Shown here in pieces: positions 34,414 through 47,724 of a DNA stretch of 64,000 nt. The number at the start of each line of letters is the position of its first letter. The first letter of the stretch is position 1. Source of the DNA: Sphaerodactylus townsendi (lineage: Eukaryota). The stretch spans positions 22,072,001-22,136,000 of the forward strand of contig NC_059432.1 in NCBI RefSeq assembly GCF_021028975.2. The letters are read 5' to 3'. A program made the position numbers and the translations under genes. The notes beneath the pieces are model-generated. The model was given only the letters and a program-made list of their open reading frames with translations. It ran no database searches and had not been told where the DNA came from.

Positions 34414-35714
34414 CCTATATATACTTGTGTATAAGTTGACCCGAATATAAGTCAAGGCACCTAATTTTGCCATAAAAAACTGGGAAAACTTATTGACTTG
34501 AGTATAAGTCTAGGGTGGGAAATGCAGCAGCTACTGGTAAATTTCAAAAATAAAAATAGAGACCAATAAAATTACATTAATTGAGGCATCAGTAGGTTAA
34601 ATGTTTTTCAATATTTATTTCAAAGAAAAACAGTAAACTAGCTCTGTAGGTGGAAAGGAGGGTCAACAAGAACAGTATGGTATCAACAATATAACTTTAA
34701 AAGTACAAAAACCTTAGCTCAATCAGCAACCAAGCTAAAGCACAAAAGTTAAAATCCTTCAAAACTGGATTCCTCGTCATCATCTGTATGTCCAAATGTA
34801 ACCCAACTTAGATTTTAAGAGGGATATTATCAGAAATGGAAAAGGAGTTCAAGTCTTTGACAGTGTGATCCCACCTTGTGACCCTTAACATTCATCCGAC
34901 TTACAGCAAAAGAAACTTTAAATCTGTTTTCTGTTTCATAACCAATAGTGTGCAGTATAACAACTGGCTAACTTTTTGTGCTCTGTCATCAGCAAACGGT
35001 TATAACTGTACTGGAGATTGTATCATTACACTGAGGTCGCCATTTTTCTGGTATATTGCTGCTGTTTTAATTATGCCATTAAAGGTTTATATATATAAAC
35101 TTTTTGTGCTCTGTCATCAGCAAACGGTTATAACTGTACTGGAGATTGTATCATTACACTGAGGTCGCCATTTTTCTGGTATATTGCTGCTGTTTTAATT
35201 ATGCCATTAAAGGTTTATATATATAACAATGAAATATGGCAAACCAATACAGAAACAATAATCAACATATAATAGTTCTGGCCTGCTATGCAAAACAGAC
35301 TAGCAGGCCTCTTAACAATTCTGAGGAAAATAATATTTATATAGCACCCATTATAACATTTTATAACAGGAAACCAAAATATAAACTAATAGTCAATCAA
35401 TGTAAACACAATATACCCTTCTCAACAATTAATACAAACATTCTCATACCTGAAATATGCAAATACAGTTCACAACAACTGAACTCAGGGGAACTGAATT
35501 CTGAGGAAATGGAGCCTTTTCTTCCTTCTATGGAAAATCTGAGCTCTTTAGCTTCCCCTAACGGACCCTGGGTTACACAAACAGAGCTTAGCTATAGTAT
35601 AGCACCAGTTACTGTATTTTCTTGAGTATAAGTCAACCCGAATGTAAGTGGAGGGGGGCTTTTTCAGCATTTAAAATGTGCTGAAAAAGTCAACTTATAC
35701 ACAAATATATATGG
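34414..35714. mobile_element. Tc1/mariner-superfamily non-autonomous element
   Basis: TIR CCTATATATACTTGTGTATAAGTTGAC / GTCAACTTATACACAAATATATATGG flanked by TA on both sides; internal TATAAGTC repeats near both ends. Confidence 0.8.
34971..35226. repeat. Exact 128-bp tandem duplication
   Basis: 34971-35098 is identical to 35099-35226. Confidence 0.95.
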
Positions 35715-38187
35715 TACATTTATTGTGGAAGCACAACCACAAGTATGGAAAAATTGCAAAAATTTGGAGGGGCGTAGTTTTTTGGTCACCTGGGGTCTGA
35801 AATACAAATGGCCCCAATCCTACATCCACTGAAATTAATTATAGAAATATAATATACTCCAGTAGATTCTGTACCAGTACAATTTTCAGTGCAATCCACA
35901 GTGGGGTGTTGAAGCCACTTCGGAGGTTATGTGACGCTGATGCCCGCATAAATGCCACTTGTGCTGGCATAAGGGGCATTTACACTGGCACGGAGGCACT
36001 TATGTCTGTGCTGGGGAGCTGTGGCAGCATTGCTCCTCCAGAGCAGGATCCCATTCTGCCTACCACTTTTTTCACCCTGTCTTTGATCTAGCATTACTTA
36101 ACTAGACCATGTCAATTCCATGTCAATTTCACAAAGTCTATTGCTCCAGTAATAGACCTTCAGTAAAAAGGTAGTCATTATGATAGTTTTGAAATTGTGG
36201 CCCGAAGAGTGGGAAGTACAGCTGTGGCAGGTAAAGGAAGGGAGGAGCGAGAAAACCCACAGAAAGCCTAATGCACATACATCTCCTTCGTTTTTTCTGA
36301 GAAGGGAGATTAAAAGTTGCACTTAAACAGGGTTTGGAAACTGGATATTCTCTGGTTTGAGGGTAGGGTGACTGCCGAAGAGGGGAAATGCATAACTGAG
36401 AGTCAAACCCTAAGGGAATGTACACTCAACGTGAAGGAGACCACATATGTGTAAAAGCCTGTTGTGATATGGGACTCAAAGCACAGGCTTCTGCGACAGA
36501 ATTTCGTTACAACCATTTTACCCCATATGTCCCCCTGGCTGGTATGCCCCTGATGCTAGGCATTAAATATGAGGTTTCAGTCTGCAAAGGATGTGATGTG
36601 CAACTGAGCTATGGCTCCTCTACTTCACTTTTATGACAGCCAGCTTGTGAAGACTGATTATGACATTTGAGCTAATAGGTTGGTATATGTATGTACAAAA
36701 TCAAATAAATGTGCATGAAATATGACAGTTTAGTCAGTACTGAAGTATATGGTACAATCCAAACTGAGGCAGTCTACTGGTTTAAGATTTAAATTCTTTA
36801 CTGGATCAGAAGTAGAAAATTGCAATGTGGGGCTACCAGGTCCCTAGCAGTTGCAGGGGATCCCCCAGCTCTCCTTTGCCACTGGAAGAAGAAAAAATGT
36901 GGGCAGGGTGATATCATTTCTGGGTAAACCCAGAAGTTACATCAGTACTTTCTAGGAATCACCAGCTCCAGGTGGTAAAAATTCCTAGAGAAGCGTGACA
37001 GAACTTCTGAGTGTCCCCAGAGGTAATGTCACACTGGCACCGATGGCTGCCCTCATGTAACCCCTAGTCTCCCTCGGGTAACCAGTTGTGTTGCACTGCA
37101 CTGTCATAAATCCAATAACCTTGTTTCTTAAGGGGAAAAAGGACTGAAGCAGGAACACAGATAGTCTGAAAAGATAAATGCAACATTTTGGTTTCCATAT
37201 AATGGAACTTCCACACTGACTTTAAGTGCCATCTTAAACAGGAGCACTCTGTTTGTGTCCCCGGAACTGTGACCTATAATTAGCTTTCTAAATGTGTAGT
37301 AGGTAACGAAGAAGTAGGCATAAAAAGCTATTATACAAATATATACGTATTCTACAGTTATAGAAAATATATTTAAATACCTGGCTGCAGAATGAGTAAA
37401 CAAAACCCACAGAAGTCTTTGTTAAGTTGGCATAGGAAAGGTATCTCCCTGCCTTATTTTAGTAGATGTGCTTTCAGAAAATCTCATGTGGCTACTTCTG
37501 TTTTTCTCTACCCCTCAATTCTGGGCTTTTATTTCTCAGTGGTCAGCAGTGTTTTGAGACCGAAAGCCAAATTTGCCTCTGTAATTTATTTCTCCATCTT
37601 TCAATTTCACCCAGTAAATTCTTCAAGCACTCTTGTACAATCTGAGTGATTTACTGAGGGCTCAATAATGATTTATTTTCTTTGGCTTCAAAGATCTGTG
37701 GGAAGCGATAAAAATGTACCTCCAACTGCACCGGGCACAGAATAGTTATTTGGAATGGAGGAAAATAGTCAGAGGAAGGAGCCATTGCAACTTGATTAAA
37801 TATTTCAACAGTGGGACAATTCATGTTGATCAAAGTGAAAAAAAAACACCTGTATGGCTTTGGAAAGACAATCTAACAAAATTAGGACAAAATGAGGATT
37901 TGAAGCTGTAGACTGTGTCTTCTCTTGGCTGCTTTTAAGAAAGTCCACTGTGTCTTGCTTCCTTTTAGTTCTTTCAGTCCCTTGTCTGGTTCTAATCCCT
38001 GTTAACCTTAACTTGTGCTCTATGGACCATCATATACATCACGAATATTCCAGTCTCCAGCTACCCTTGGCACCTCACTCTGACTGACTGGCAAGAGCTA
38101 AAACAGGGGATTGCTGGGTAAAAACAGAAGACTGCCTATTGGGAAATGTCTTAAAGGGACAGGGGCTAACTAAAATTCCCTCCCTTA

Positions 38188-38723
38188 GGCCCAAGCTCTC
38201 GCGACGCGATCGGCCATCGAGGCGCCTCCACGCCGGCAAGAATTCTGCCGGCGTGGAGGCGGAGGCCGTTCGCATGCAAGCATGCGGACGGCCTCTGGAG
38301 AGGCCGGCAGATGGCAGGCAGCTCCGCATGGAGCCGCCTCTTCCCTCTTCCTCGTCTGAGCATTCGTAATGCTGTCCTGCGGGTTCCTCCTCAGCCTGCC
38401 CACGCTGCCCTCCCGACCTCCAGGGGTCGGAGGACAGCGAGGGAGGGACTTAGGAGGCCAGCAGGATGGCGACACGAGAGGTAAATGGGAAAGGGAAGGG
38501 GAAACAGTGTGTTCCCGGCGGTGCGGTTCGCACTGCGCCGCCGGGAAGACGCTTTCCCCTCAACAACAACCCTTTAAAGGGTTGTTGTTTAGGGTGGCCT
38601 GAGGCCGCCCTGGGGGAGGGGGAGCGCAGTCAACGCAGCAGCGCCGCCTGTGCGAACGGTGGCCTGGGGGCGGCGTTTTGTCAGCTCTGTGGGCCATCGT
38701 TTTTGGCCCGTGCAGAAAGGGCC
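38188..38723. mobile_element. PIF/Harbinger-type MITE, CpG-rich, left TIR degenerate
   Basis: Right end CCCGTGCAGAAAGGGCC is the reverse complement of the 814 left end; shares GCATGGAGCCGCCTC and GCCCACGCTGCCCTC modules with 22986-23537. Confidence 0.7.
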
Positions 38724-38739
38724 CTAGAAAACAATGAAC

Positions 38740-39950
38740 TAAAACCATGCTAACTATGGGGAAACTTAATGAGGAAATGAGGAAGCTTAATGAAATAACA
38801 AAAGGCATTACAGGCCCTCTTCTGGCTGCCTTATTTATGATCTCAGACAGAACTGGGTTAGTCCTAATTACTTGGACCAGTGTGATAATTGTTTCCATAT
38901 TTATAAAGGGAGATCATATATTGCCAACAAACTATAGGCCCATCAGTCTTCTACCTGTAATTGGAAAATTATATTCTAAACATTTCTTAGGTAAACTTAA
39001 CCTTTGGATGTTTCAAAATAATATACTAGATTTGGAGCCAATTGGATTTAGACTTGGTGAAACCATCCTTGATCACTGTATTGTCCATAACCATCTAATT
39101 AACAAATACAGCAGGAAATCAAAGTGAAGTTTTTCTAGGCCTTGAAGAGGCTTTTGATTCAATTTACAGGGACTTGCTCTGGCAAAACTTTGCAGAATGG
39201 GTATTGAAAGAAGAGAACTGTATATGGCTTGACTGTGAAATTTAATGTACTCACTCAGGAATTCTCTCCTAAAATTCTTATCAACAGACAGGTCAAACAG
39301 GCATGTGTTTTAGCACCTGTCTAATTTAACCTTTTGTTAAAAACCATCTGGCTCCCACTCTTTCGAGCATCAACAGCCATTGTCCGTCCTGATATTATTC
39401 TATGCTGATGATGTGATCCTGCTATCTTGCTCAAGGAAAGGTCTGAATCACCTGTTGGTGCCACAATTTCTGTATAAAGAACAGCCTCAGTCTAGATTAT
39501 ATGAAATTTAAAATCCTGGTCTTTTCAAGGTCTTGGAAAACAACCAGATGAGAGTTAAAATGGCAATATCCTAGAACAGGTCAAATCCTTAGGTCTCCAT
39601 TTTCATCATAAAGCAGGCTGGTCTACACAACACAACCAAAATTAATGTCTTGGCCATCTCTCTCTTTTTTACACTGGGGTTCCTGCTGCACTTAAAGTAT
39701 TCAAAGTCAAAGTTAGCCAGCAACTGCTTTATGGCATACCAATTTGAATGGGTTCTTTTGATCGCTTTATAGAAGGCATGCAAACCTGCTTTCTCTAAAA
39801 AAAATTGGTTTGCCCCATTGTGTACCTTATTCAGTCCTTTGTCTGGAAACTGGCCATCATTTACTTGAGACTAAAGAATGGCTCATTACCTTTAAGTTCT
39901 GGTTATGACTTTTCTTCCACTTGGATTGTACTAGTCTCACCTATCATTTG
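38740..39950 (+). mobile_element. Degraded non-LTR retrotransposon reverse transcriptase fragment
   Basis: KGD...NYRPISLLPVIGKLY, GFR...LDH, AFDS (~39150), VKQACVLAP (~39290), FYADD (~39400); stops and frameshifts. Confidence 0.85.
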
Positions 39951-41221
39951 CTCTCTGATCTTCAGCTTATTCCTAATAAACAGGACAGTCCTACAAGTCC
40001 TGAAAGATGCACTTTTCTCTTCCACCCCACCCTTTTTGTTTTTAACATCCATTCTGATGAAGTGTTCTGAAGAACATGATAGCTTGCACAGTGTTCTGTG
40101 ACACTTCAGATAGTCTCAATAGAAGTTATTATGCGGTTTGATCAGTTTTGTGAGTGGCTCTCTTACTATCTTTTAGTACAAAGTATAAAATTGGTGACAG
40201 TTTCTCTCATAACCAATAATTTTTGGCAGTGTTCTCATCTGCTTAGATAGTTTTCTCTTTTTAATTTGGATGCCTTTGGGTGATGAAAAGTCATGATTAA
40301 CCCTGCTGCATGACAGTCTGGATAAGCTTCCTGTTAGATGAGTTATGTCAGGAATAGCTGTTGAACTGTTCCATGCAACTGCCCTACACCTAGTCAGAAA
40401 GGCAGAGTGATGGTAGTTTTAGGCTATGGTACTGTATAAATACAAAAATCAGAAGGAAATGCAGGAACAAACAAGGACAGAAAAATTCTGATTGGAATTA
40501 CCCTTTGCCTTGGAATGAAGCAGTTTTTCTACTCTTGAAAGCTCTTCAAGGTCTTGCACCCACATATCAGCCATCATGTGCCAACTGTAGTCTCTGGTAG
40601 CTGCCCTCTGGTGGTTTCCCTATTTAAGGGTGTTCTCTTGGCATCTATCAGAGTCTGGTCCTTTTCAATAATGACTTTCAACTTGTGGAATGACTTCCTG
40701 AACCATTTCTTTTTCTATTTAAATGAAAAAATTATTTCAATACACAAAGTAAGCATAAATGTATGCATAAAGCATACATTAGATCATTTTCCCCCTTTGT
40801 GTTATCACAGTAAACATTATCTGGAAATGTTAATGGTGATGGTGGCCTTATTTTACTTTAGAACAATATTCTTAAAAAACTGTCTTTCAAAATATGTCTT
40901 CCATCTTGAATCTGATTTGTTCTTAATGACTTCTTAATCCATAGATACTTATGCATTTCTTCTTGGTTATCAGTTGTTTCCAGTTTTACATTCCTTTAAT
41001 TAGGATTAATAATCCAATAGCAGCTGGATGATACTAGTTAATGTTGCTTACTGTTAGACTTCCTCTTCCTGAACCATTCCTGAGTAGTTCCAGAGCAGGT
41101 GAGAAAGGTCCTGTCCTTGGAAGATTTAGAAGATGCTATATGACTGTTTTATTTGCTTGGGGTTTTATTTGCTTGCTTGAGCTGCAGGGCTTTTGTTGGG
41201 GAATTTTTTAATTATTATGAA

Positions 41222-42182
41222 CTAGCGGGGCCCAGCCACACGTTGCTGTGGCTTATTGTGGTGAAATGGGAAAGGAACAGTAGCAGCAAATCAATTGCAG
41301 AGGCCAGCAGTAAGTGTTCATGCAAACACGCAGTCTGATACTATGCGATGTCATTGATGTGTGTGCCTGCATTGGGGGGGGGAATGGAAAGGCACCTCTC
41401 CCACACATCTAGGCTGGCTAGTCATGATCCTTTACCTGGGAGTAAGCTTGGTTGGTGGCAATGGGTGTCTCTTCTAAGGAAACCCTCTGAGGGGCGCGAC
41501 GCAGCCATTCAAAGTATGTCACGGTTGCTATACCGAGCTTACTCCTGAGTAATGTGTGCCTGGTTTTCTTAACTGTAACTGCAGTATTCAGAGAATCTAG
41601 GGTGCCTAGCCCCTCCCTCCCGTCCCTTGCATGTCGCCCCTCACTCTCTTCCCTCCCTCACTTCTCTTCCCTTGCATGCCACCCCCTCCCTCCCTTCCCT
41701 TTCCCTCCGCTAGGGTGGGTGGGTCATATCAAGATGCTGGGCCCCCTGCCTCCCCTCCCTTGCATGCCACCCCTCACTCTCTCCCCTCTCTCCCTTCTCT
41801 TCCCTTGCATGCCACCCCTCCCGCTCCCTCCCTTCCCTCTCCCTCGTGTGTATGTGTGTGTATGTGTTTCACTTCCACTCAAGTTACTGCCTATGTACTG
41901 TTTTCACTGCTCATATTTGGCCATTTGAGTGAGCATTCTAAGCAGCACAAACATTCTAAGGGTGACAGTTACACACAGGCAGCTGCATGTCCTTCACCAT
42001 GGAGCGCCAGGAAAAAGGCGTTTTACCTGGGCCAGGTATGAAATTTCAGGTATGTGAACATCTAAAAACACTCTTGCCTGGCTGACTATAGTGGCTAGGA
42101 ATTTTCAGAGGAATTGGCCCAGCAGTTACTGAGTTACACTATCATCAACAAAAACACTGTTAGCTTTTTATATATATATAGA
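41222..42182 (-). mobile_element. Non-autonomous Helitron, same family as 6354-10214
   Basis: Minus strand 5' TCTATATATATATAAAAAGC ... GCCACAGCAACGTGTGGC hairpin ... CTAG 3', inserted between A and T; ~75 bp at the 5' end align with 10138-10214. Confidence 0.88.
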
Positions 42183-45100
42183 TGGTGTTAGTTCTGAATT
42201 GTAAGCAACCTTAGTTGCAAGGGATATATGGGGTATAAATATTTTAATAAATACTATCAAATAGCATTTGTGTAGTGGATGAAAATACATCACAAAAAAT
42301 ATCATATCTGTAAAGAAAGCCTACTGAATAAGTGAGATGTTATTATATTGTGTTTGCCCCTTTTCCTCCCTGAATTTGTTCATGAACATGAATATATTTT
42401 GACAAAGGCATAAGTATGGCAGTTCACAACGCAGTGACACTATTTAATTTAAAAATATTTATATGGTAGTTTCCATGGTTATGTATGTTGTTGTTTAGTT
42501 ACAATTTTTTCAAGTACAAATAAACAAAACAAAATCTACCAACTTGTTTTAACCACTTAATATTATCCAAACTTTAATCCTATGTCCTATTAAGTAGGAA
42601 ACATCATAAGGAAAAAATCAGAATGACTGATCAATGCAAGACTTTCTTGCATTAGGTAAGCACAATGAGCTTAAATAAATGGAAGCACACAGAACAGGAG
42701 TAAGTGGCATCTGGAGCAATATATGATTACAAAACAACCACCACCACCACAAGTCAGGGTGGTTTGCCTAGAAGCCTATTCACTGTATCCTTATTACAGG
42801 GGAAGAGATAAGTATTTTCCCTGATGTACCTATCAGGGAAATTAATTTCATCAGCTTACAGTATTTAAATGAATATGTTTTGTGATAGACATGTTGGGCG
42901 AATTGATTCTGTCATGAATCTGTTGTGCTTTGAATGTGAAGACTTAGAAATGAGGAAGAGGTAATTTATTTGCTTACTTCGTTAGCTTGCTGACTTTCTC
43001 ACACAGTATAATGTGGTAGGATGTTGAGACAAAACCAAAGAGAAGTACAGTACAAACTAGAAACACAGAAGCCAATAATGAAGTACCTCAAAGCAGATTT
43101 AAATGTGAATTTAAAAAAAAGTGACCCGGGCATCAACATACCCCTTACAACAAATACTAACCCCTATATAAGCTACATTAAGAATACAAAATGCATACAA
43201 GTTGACTTATGACCATGCAAGTACAGATTCTCTTAAATAAGCAAAGCTTTTTATAAGATTATCCAAATCATCTCCACAAACTCATAAATACACTTCCCAA
43301 ATGTACCTCCCCACAGCAGTTACATTGCCTTTCCCTGCCATACATATCTATTTGTGATTATTATCTCCTGACATTTATGCCTGTTGCATTGAAACAGACC
43401 TTTACTTTTATTGTAGTGGTAATAATCAGTAATTTGCATAAATCTGTCCAAATAGACCTACCTGTAGACTGATAGATGGTGAAGTTTTAATGCTTAGGGC
43501 TAATGCTGTGTTAGTGGTCTGGTCTTAGAAAACTCTTTGAAACTGAAATTTTGAATAGTTTGTAATGGAAATGGACTTGTCATAAAACAGGTACTGGTTA
43601 TCAAGTGGCTGTGAAGTGATGGGAAGAATTAAAAAAACATTTAATGCATTGTAACTTAACAAGCAGAGACAAACTTGCTACTTGTCAGGAATTTTGCCAG
43701 GACTGATAGGATAGTCTGTTAATATAATCTGGGGGTAGCCCATCATCCTTGTACTTACTGGAGGCAAAGGGCAGAGGGCTGGCAGCGGCCTTTGGATGTT
43801 ATAATTCAGCCCTGCCCCTGCCAACCAATATGGCAGGACAGTATTCCCTCAAGGTATGGGCCCAACTTTGAGGATGGTGGCACAACTGGCCCAGCAGGGC
43901 TAAACAGTGAGGCAAACCACCAGGTGTTGGCTGGAGATCTCCTGGGATTACAACTGATTTCTAGGTGACAGAGTTCAGTTCACCTGGAGACAATGGATGC
44001 ACTGGAAGGTGGACTATATGACATTAGACCCTATCCCCAAACGTCATCCACTTTATGCTCCATCCCCAAAATCTCCATCTATTTTTCAACCTGGAGCTGG
44101 TAACACTAGGGCTGAGTAAGGGATGAATGGCTGCTGCTTGAGATGGCCCTGAACCTTAGTATGTTGGCATCAGCTGTCTGTGGGAAGACTGGGCAGCCAT
44201 TTAAGGGAGACTGAAGTTGAGACTGGATGGCAAGTGCTCTGCCCATCAATACTGGATTGATGGGCAGTATTGCTTGTGGACCAACCCCAGGGAGGCAGAG
44301 GGGGAAAGGGATGGTCATGCCTAGGGAATCTCCCACACAAGGGCCAAGGTCTCAGGCCTCAGAGGGCAAAAGGGGGACAGGGTGCCATTAACCCCTTTCC
44401 ACTGTCAAGTCTGAGGCCTGCCAAGACCCCCACAAAGAAACGCTGTAGAGTATGTCAGCCCTGTCCAGTGACACAGCCAGCTCTTGCAAATGTAAAGGCT
44501 TAACACATGTATTCAGCTAGACTGCCCCCACTTTCTTCACTTCTGACCTCTATGAATTCAGTTGAAAGTATTAACAGGAACTCATGTTCATGCAGTTTGA
44601 ATGTGAATAAATGAGACTGGAAGCCATGCAAATGATAGAGCTCCCTGTTGCACACACATAATTTGTACATGTCGGTTGTACATATCTCGAGTTTTAGCTA
44701 TATACATGAGGATCAGGGAGCACAGAATGGATGCAATCTACCCTTCATTTGTTCAATGAACGTAGATATATTATATGAAAAGAGCTTCAGTGTAACAGTA
44801 CAAGAATGAGCAGTGAGCTTGGAAGTCATTAGTTCAAATTTCACTCAGGCAAGAATGTGCTATATAGCTCTAGATGAGCTGGTCTGTCTTATCTCTACCC
44901 CATCTATAATTTAACTGGATTACTTTGTGTTGTAAAGGTTATGGTAATACAAGTGAAGCACTGTAAGTACATGTGAAATGTGGTTTTTAAGTGTTACTTT
45001 ATAATAATGTTCTATCTAGGCTACTCTTAATATTCAGACAACCTACTTATGAAGTAGGTTTAAATTCTGTGTCGAGATAGCTGAGGAATCCTGGGAAACA

Positions 45101-45625
45101 ATATTATGCTGCCCAGGAGGATCAGGCAAATGTACAGTTCCGAGAGAGTTGTTTTTATTTATTCTCCTAGTCAGTCAACTATAAATATATTTACCGGTAG
45201 TTTTTTTTTATAAAGCACAGATTATCTCTCCTCTTTATTTTAAGTCAATATTAGAACAATGTGTTGAAGGTTAAGACATAGTCCAGTTCAATAGCTGCAT
45301 TCATGATCAGTTGATTGTGTATCCAGTCATGCAGATATCATAATTATATTGGCCTTGTCATAGCCCAGAGAAGAAAGCAGAGTGCTCTTTGTAGTTTTCT
45401 GTCACTGGAGTTTGCTAGTATGAGCTATGTAACAACTTCTGAGTGACAGAAATCCTCTTCCTGTTTTTCCTGAATAATACTATTTGTGGGAACAAAACCT
45501 CTGTCAGCAGCATTTCAACTACAAAGACATTGAAACTGTCTTCGTGAGATCCAAGCTTTGTAATAAGCCAATATTTGGAGTTTCAGGTAGTGTCTAATCT
45601 GACCAAGGAAAATATGCAGATAGTA

Positions 45626-46230
45626 GAGGGTTGCCAACTCTGGTTTTGGAAATTCTGGAGACTTGGGGGGTAGAATTGGGTCTATTTGGACAGATTGGGT
45701 TGACAGCTCTGAGTGGAAAAACACCAGGAGATATTATTTTCATTCTAGCCGAGCGTGCTGAGGCCAGCAGACACTGGGGTAGGGACAAGGCTGGAAGGGC
45801 ATACTCCTTCCCTGGCCTTGTCTTTGCTCCCAGTGTCTTGCTGGCCTTGGCGCCACTTGGACCGTCAGAGGAAAATAAACTGGATTTTAAAATAATGTTG
45901 CTACTGACCTTGACATGCTCAGTTTGAACAAAATGATTTTTAAAGGTCCCCAAAAGGGTTTTTTTGTGGGGGGCAGTGGCAGGGAGGCAGTGCCGAGACA
46001 GGCACTCACAGGTACCTTGTCCCTCACTGCACCTCTGACCAGATCCCACCTAGATGTTGGCAACCCTAGTATAGAGCTTCTGGAGAGGATTTGGGGAGAA
46101 ATGGACCTCAACAGGGTATAATGTCATAAAGTCCACCCTTCCAAGCAGCATTTTCTTCAAGTAGACTGATCTCGGTAGCCTGGAGATCTATTGTAATTCC
46201 AGGAGATTTTTGGGACACTGGCTGGAGGCT
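45626..46230. mobile_element. TAGGGTTGCCA-family non-autonomous DNA element(s), nested or fragmented
   Basis: AGGGTTGCCAAC (45627) and GTTGGCAACCCTA (46056-46068); the CTGGAGATC/GTAATTCCAGGAGAT body is also seen at ~43925-44105, 47725-47840 and 63569. Confidence 0.55.
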
Positions 46231-46411
46231 GATAACAATATAGCAAGACAAGACCTGCATTGTATAGTGCAGATAATAGTGGGTACTTTGAGCCAGCATT
46301 TCTGGATCTTCTTCTACATCAGTCATGTAGCTACAACAGGGAGGGGGGATGTGTGTGTGCTGTGCCCCCACATCCTTCCCCTCTTGCCCCACCCTGCCAG
46401 GCCTGGCAGCC

Positions 46412-46686
46412 AGAGGCGGATCTACAAGGGGACCAGGGTGTGTGTGTGCATGTAGCACCGGGCGTGCTCCTGGGGGGACAGCAAAAATTTTAGGTGGTTT
46501 TTTTGGGTATTTTTTAGTGTTTTTTCAGTTTTTGGCCTGCAGGGGGTGGGGCAGGGGAGAGCTGCTTTTATAAGCACTGAGGCTGGGGACAAGGCTTGGG
46601 GAGTGTGGCCATGCCCCCAGGGGCGGGTGGAGGCATGGCCACACCCCCACAACCTACCCCATAAAAAATCTATACCTACGTCCCTG
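46412..46686. mobile_element. hAT-like MITE
   Basis: CAGAGGCGGATCTA ... TACCTACGTCCCTG termini; shares TTTTGGCCTGCAGGGGG with the hAT element at ~3710. Confidence 0.5.
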
Positions 46687-47536
46687 GCTCACCTAAATAC
46701 CTTGATGACAATAAAAGGATATTTACCTGACTGGAAAGATAACAAATCTGGTGCTAAGCAGGCACAGTACAGAGAGCATTCCATACCTGGAGCATCATCT
46801 TTGAAAAGGACCTGCTCCGAGCTGCTATACACTTCTCCTCTGAACAGGTGGAAGGCAGAGCAGGGCTTTTGATCTCAGAAGACAGGTGTGATCCTATGAA
46901 AGATGGTCCTTCAGATATCCCAGTTCCAAGTGGATTAAATTAGGCCTGGAACAAATAGAAAACCACTAAAGTTGTCTAATATCAGTGAGATGCATTCTGT
47001 TTATGCGAACCTGTATTGTATATTTTAAAAATCCCACCACCCACTAACAGACTTCTGAGGAATGAATCACCCATGGTTCTCCTAGTATTACTTAACTATT
47101 ATATTTTATGTATTCAGTCTGTTTATTTTTTATCTCTTATTTTTTCTCCCATACTTAACTCTTGTTTGTCATTAGGTATGGAATAGACACACACCAAGTG
47201 ATAATAATAACTATTTTTTAAAAAAATATTTAAAAGGAATTAAGTATTAAAAGTATAAAGACAATATGATGGCTTATCTGGATACTTGTATAGCTTCTTG
47301 TTGATTTACTCAAAGTTCCTGTAAGAAAGGGAGGTGGTAATCACTGCACTACTTTAATCCCCTAATTGAATTTAATTACGTAGTCAAGTTCTTGCAGTCT
47401 AGCTTCACCCAATGCTTGGTTGTTTAACTTTGAAGTCTTCTTTCTGTTGGGCTGTTCCCAGGCTATGGTTGCCATCTTTTGGTTCTCCCAGAGTTACCAC
47501 TTATCTCTAGATTACAGAGGTCACCTGGAGAGTAGG

Positions 47537-47724
47537 CAGTGGCGTAGCGCCAACGGAGCTGAGTGGGGCATGACGCCCCGGGAAGAGCAGCAGAGGGGGT
47601 GTGGCTGGGTCATGGAGGGGGCATTCCGGGGGAGTGGCATTCCAGGGCAGGGGCATATGGCTCTGCGGCAGGGGTGCAGGGCGCATGCGCGCCCTGGGTA
47701 CAGTGCCTCCTCACTCCGCCTCTG
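47537..47724. mobile_element. hAT MITE
   Basis: CAGTGGCGTAG ... CTCCGCCTCTG termini; TSD AGAGTAGG / AGGGTAGG (7/8). Confidence 0.75.
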
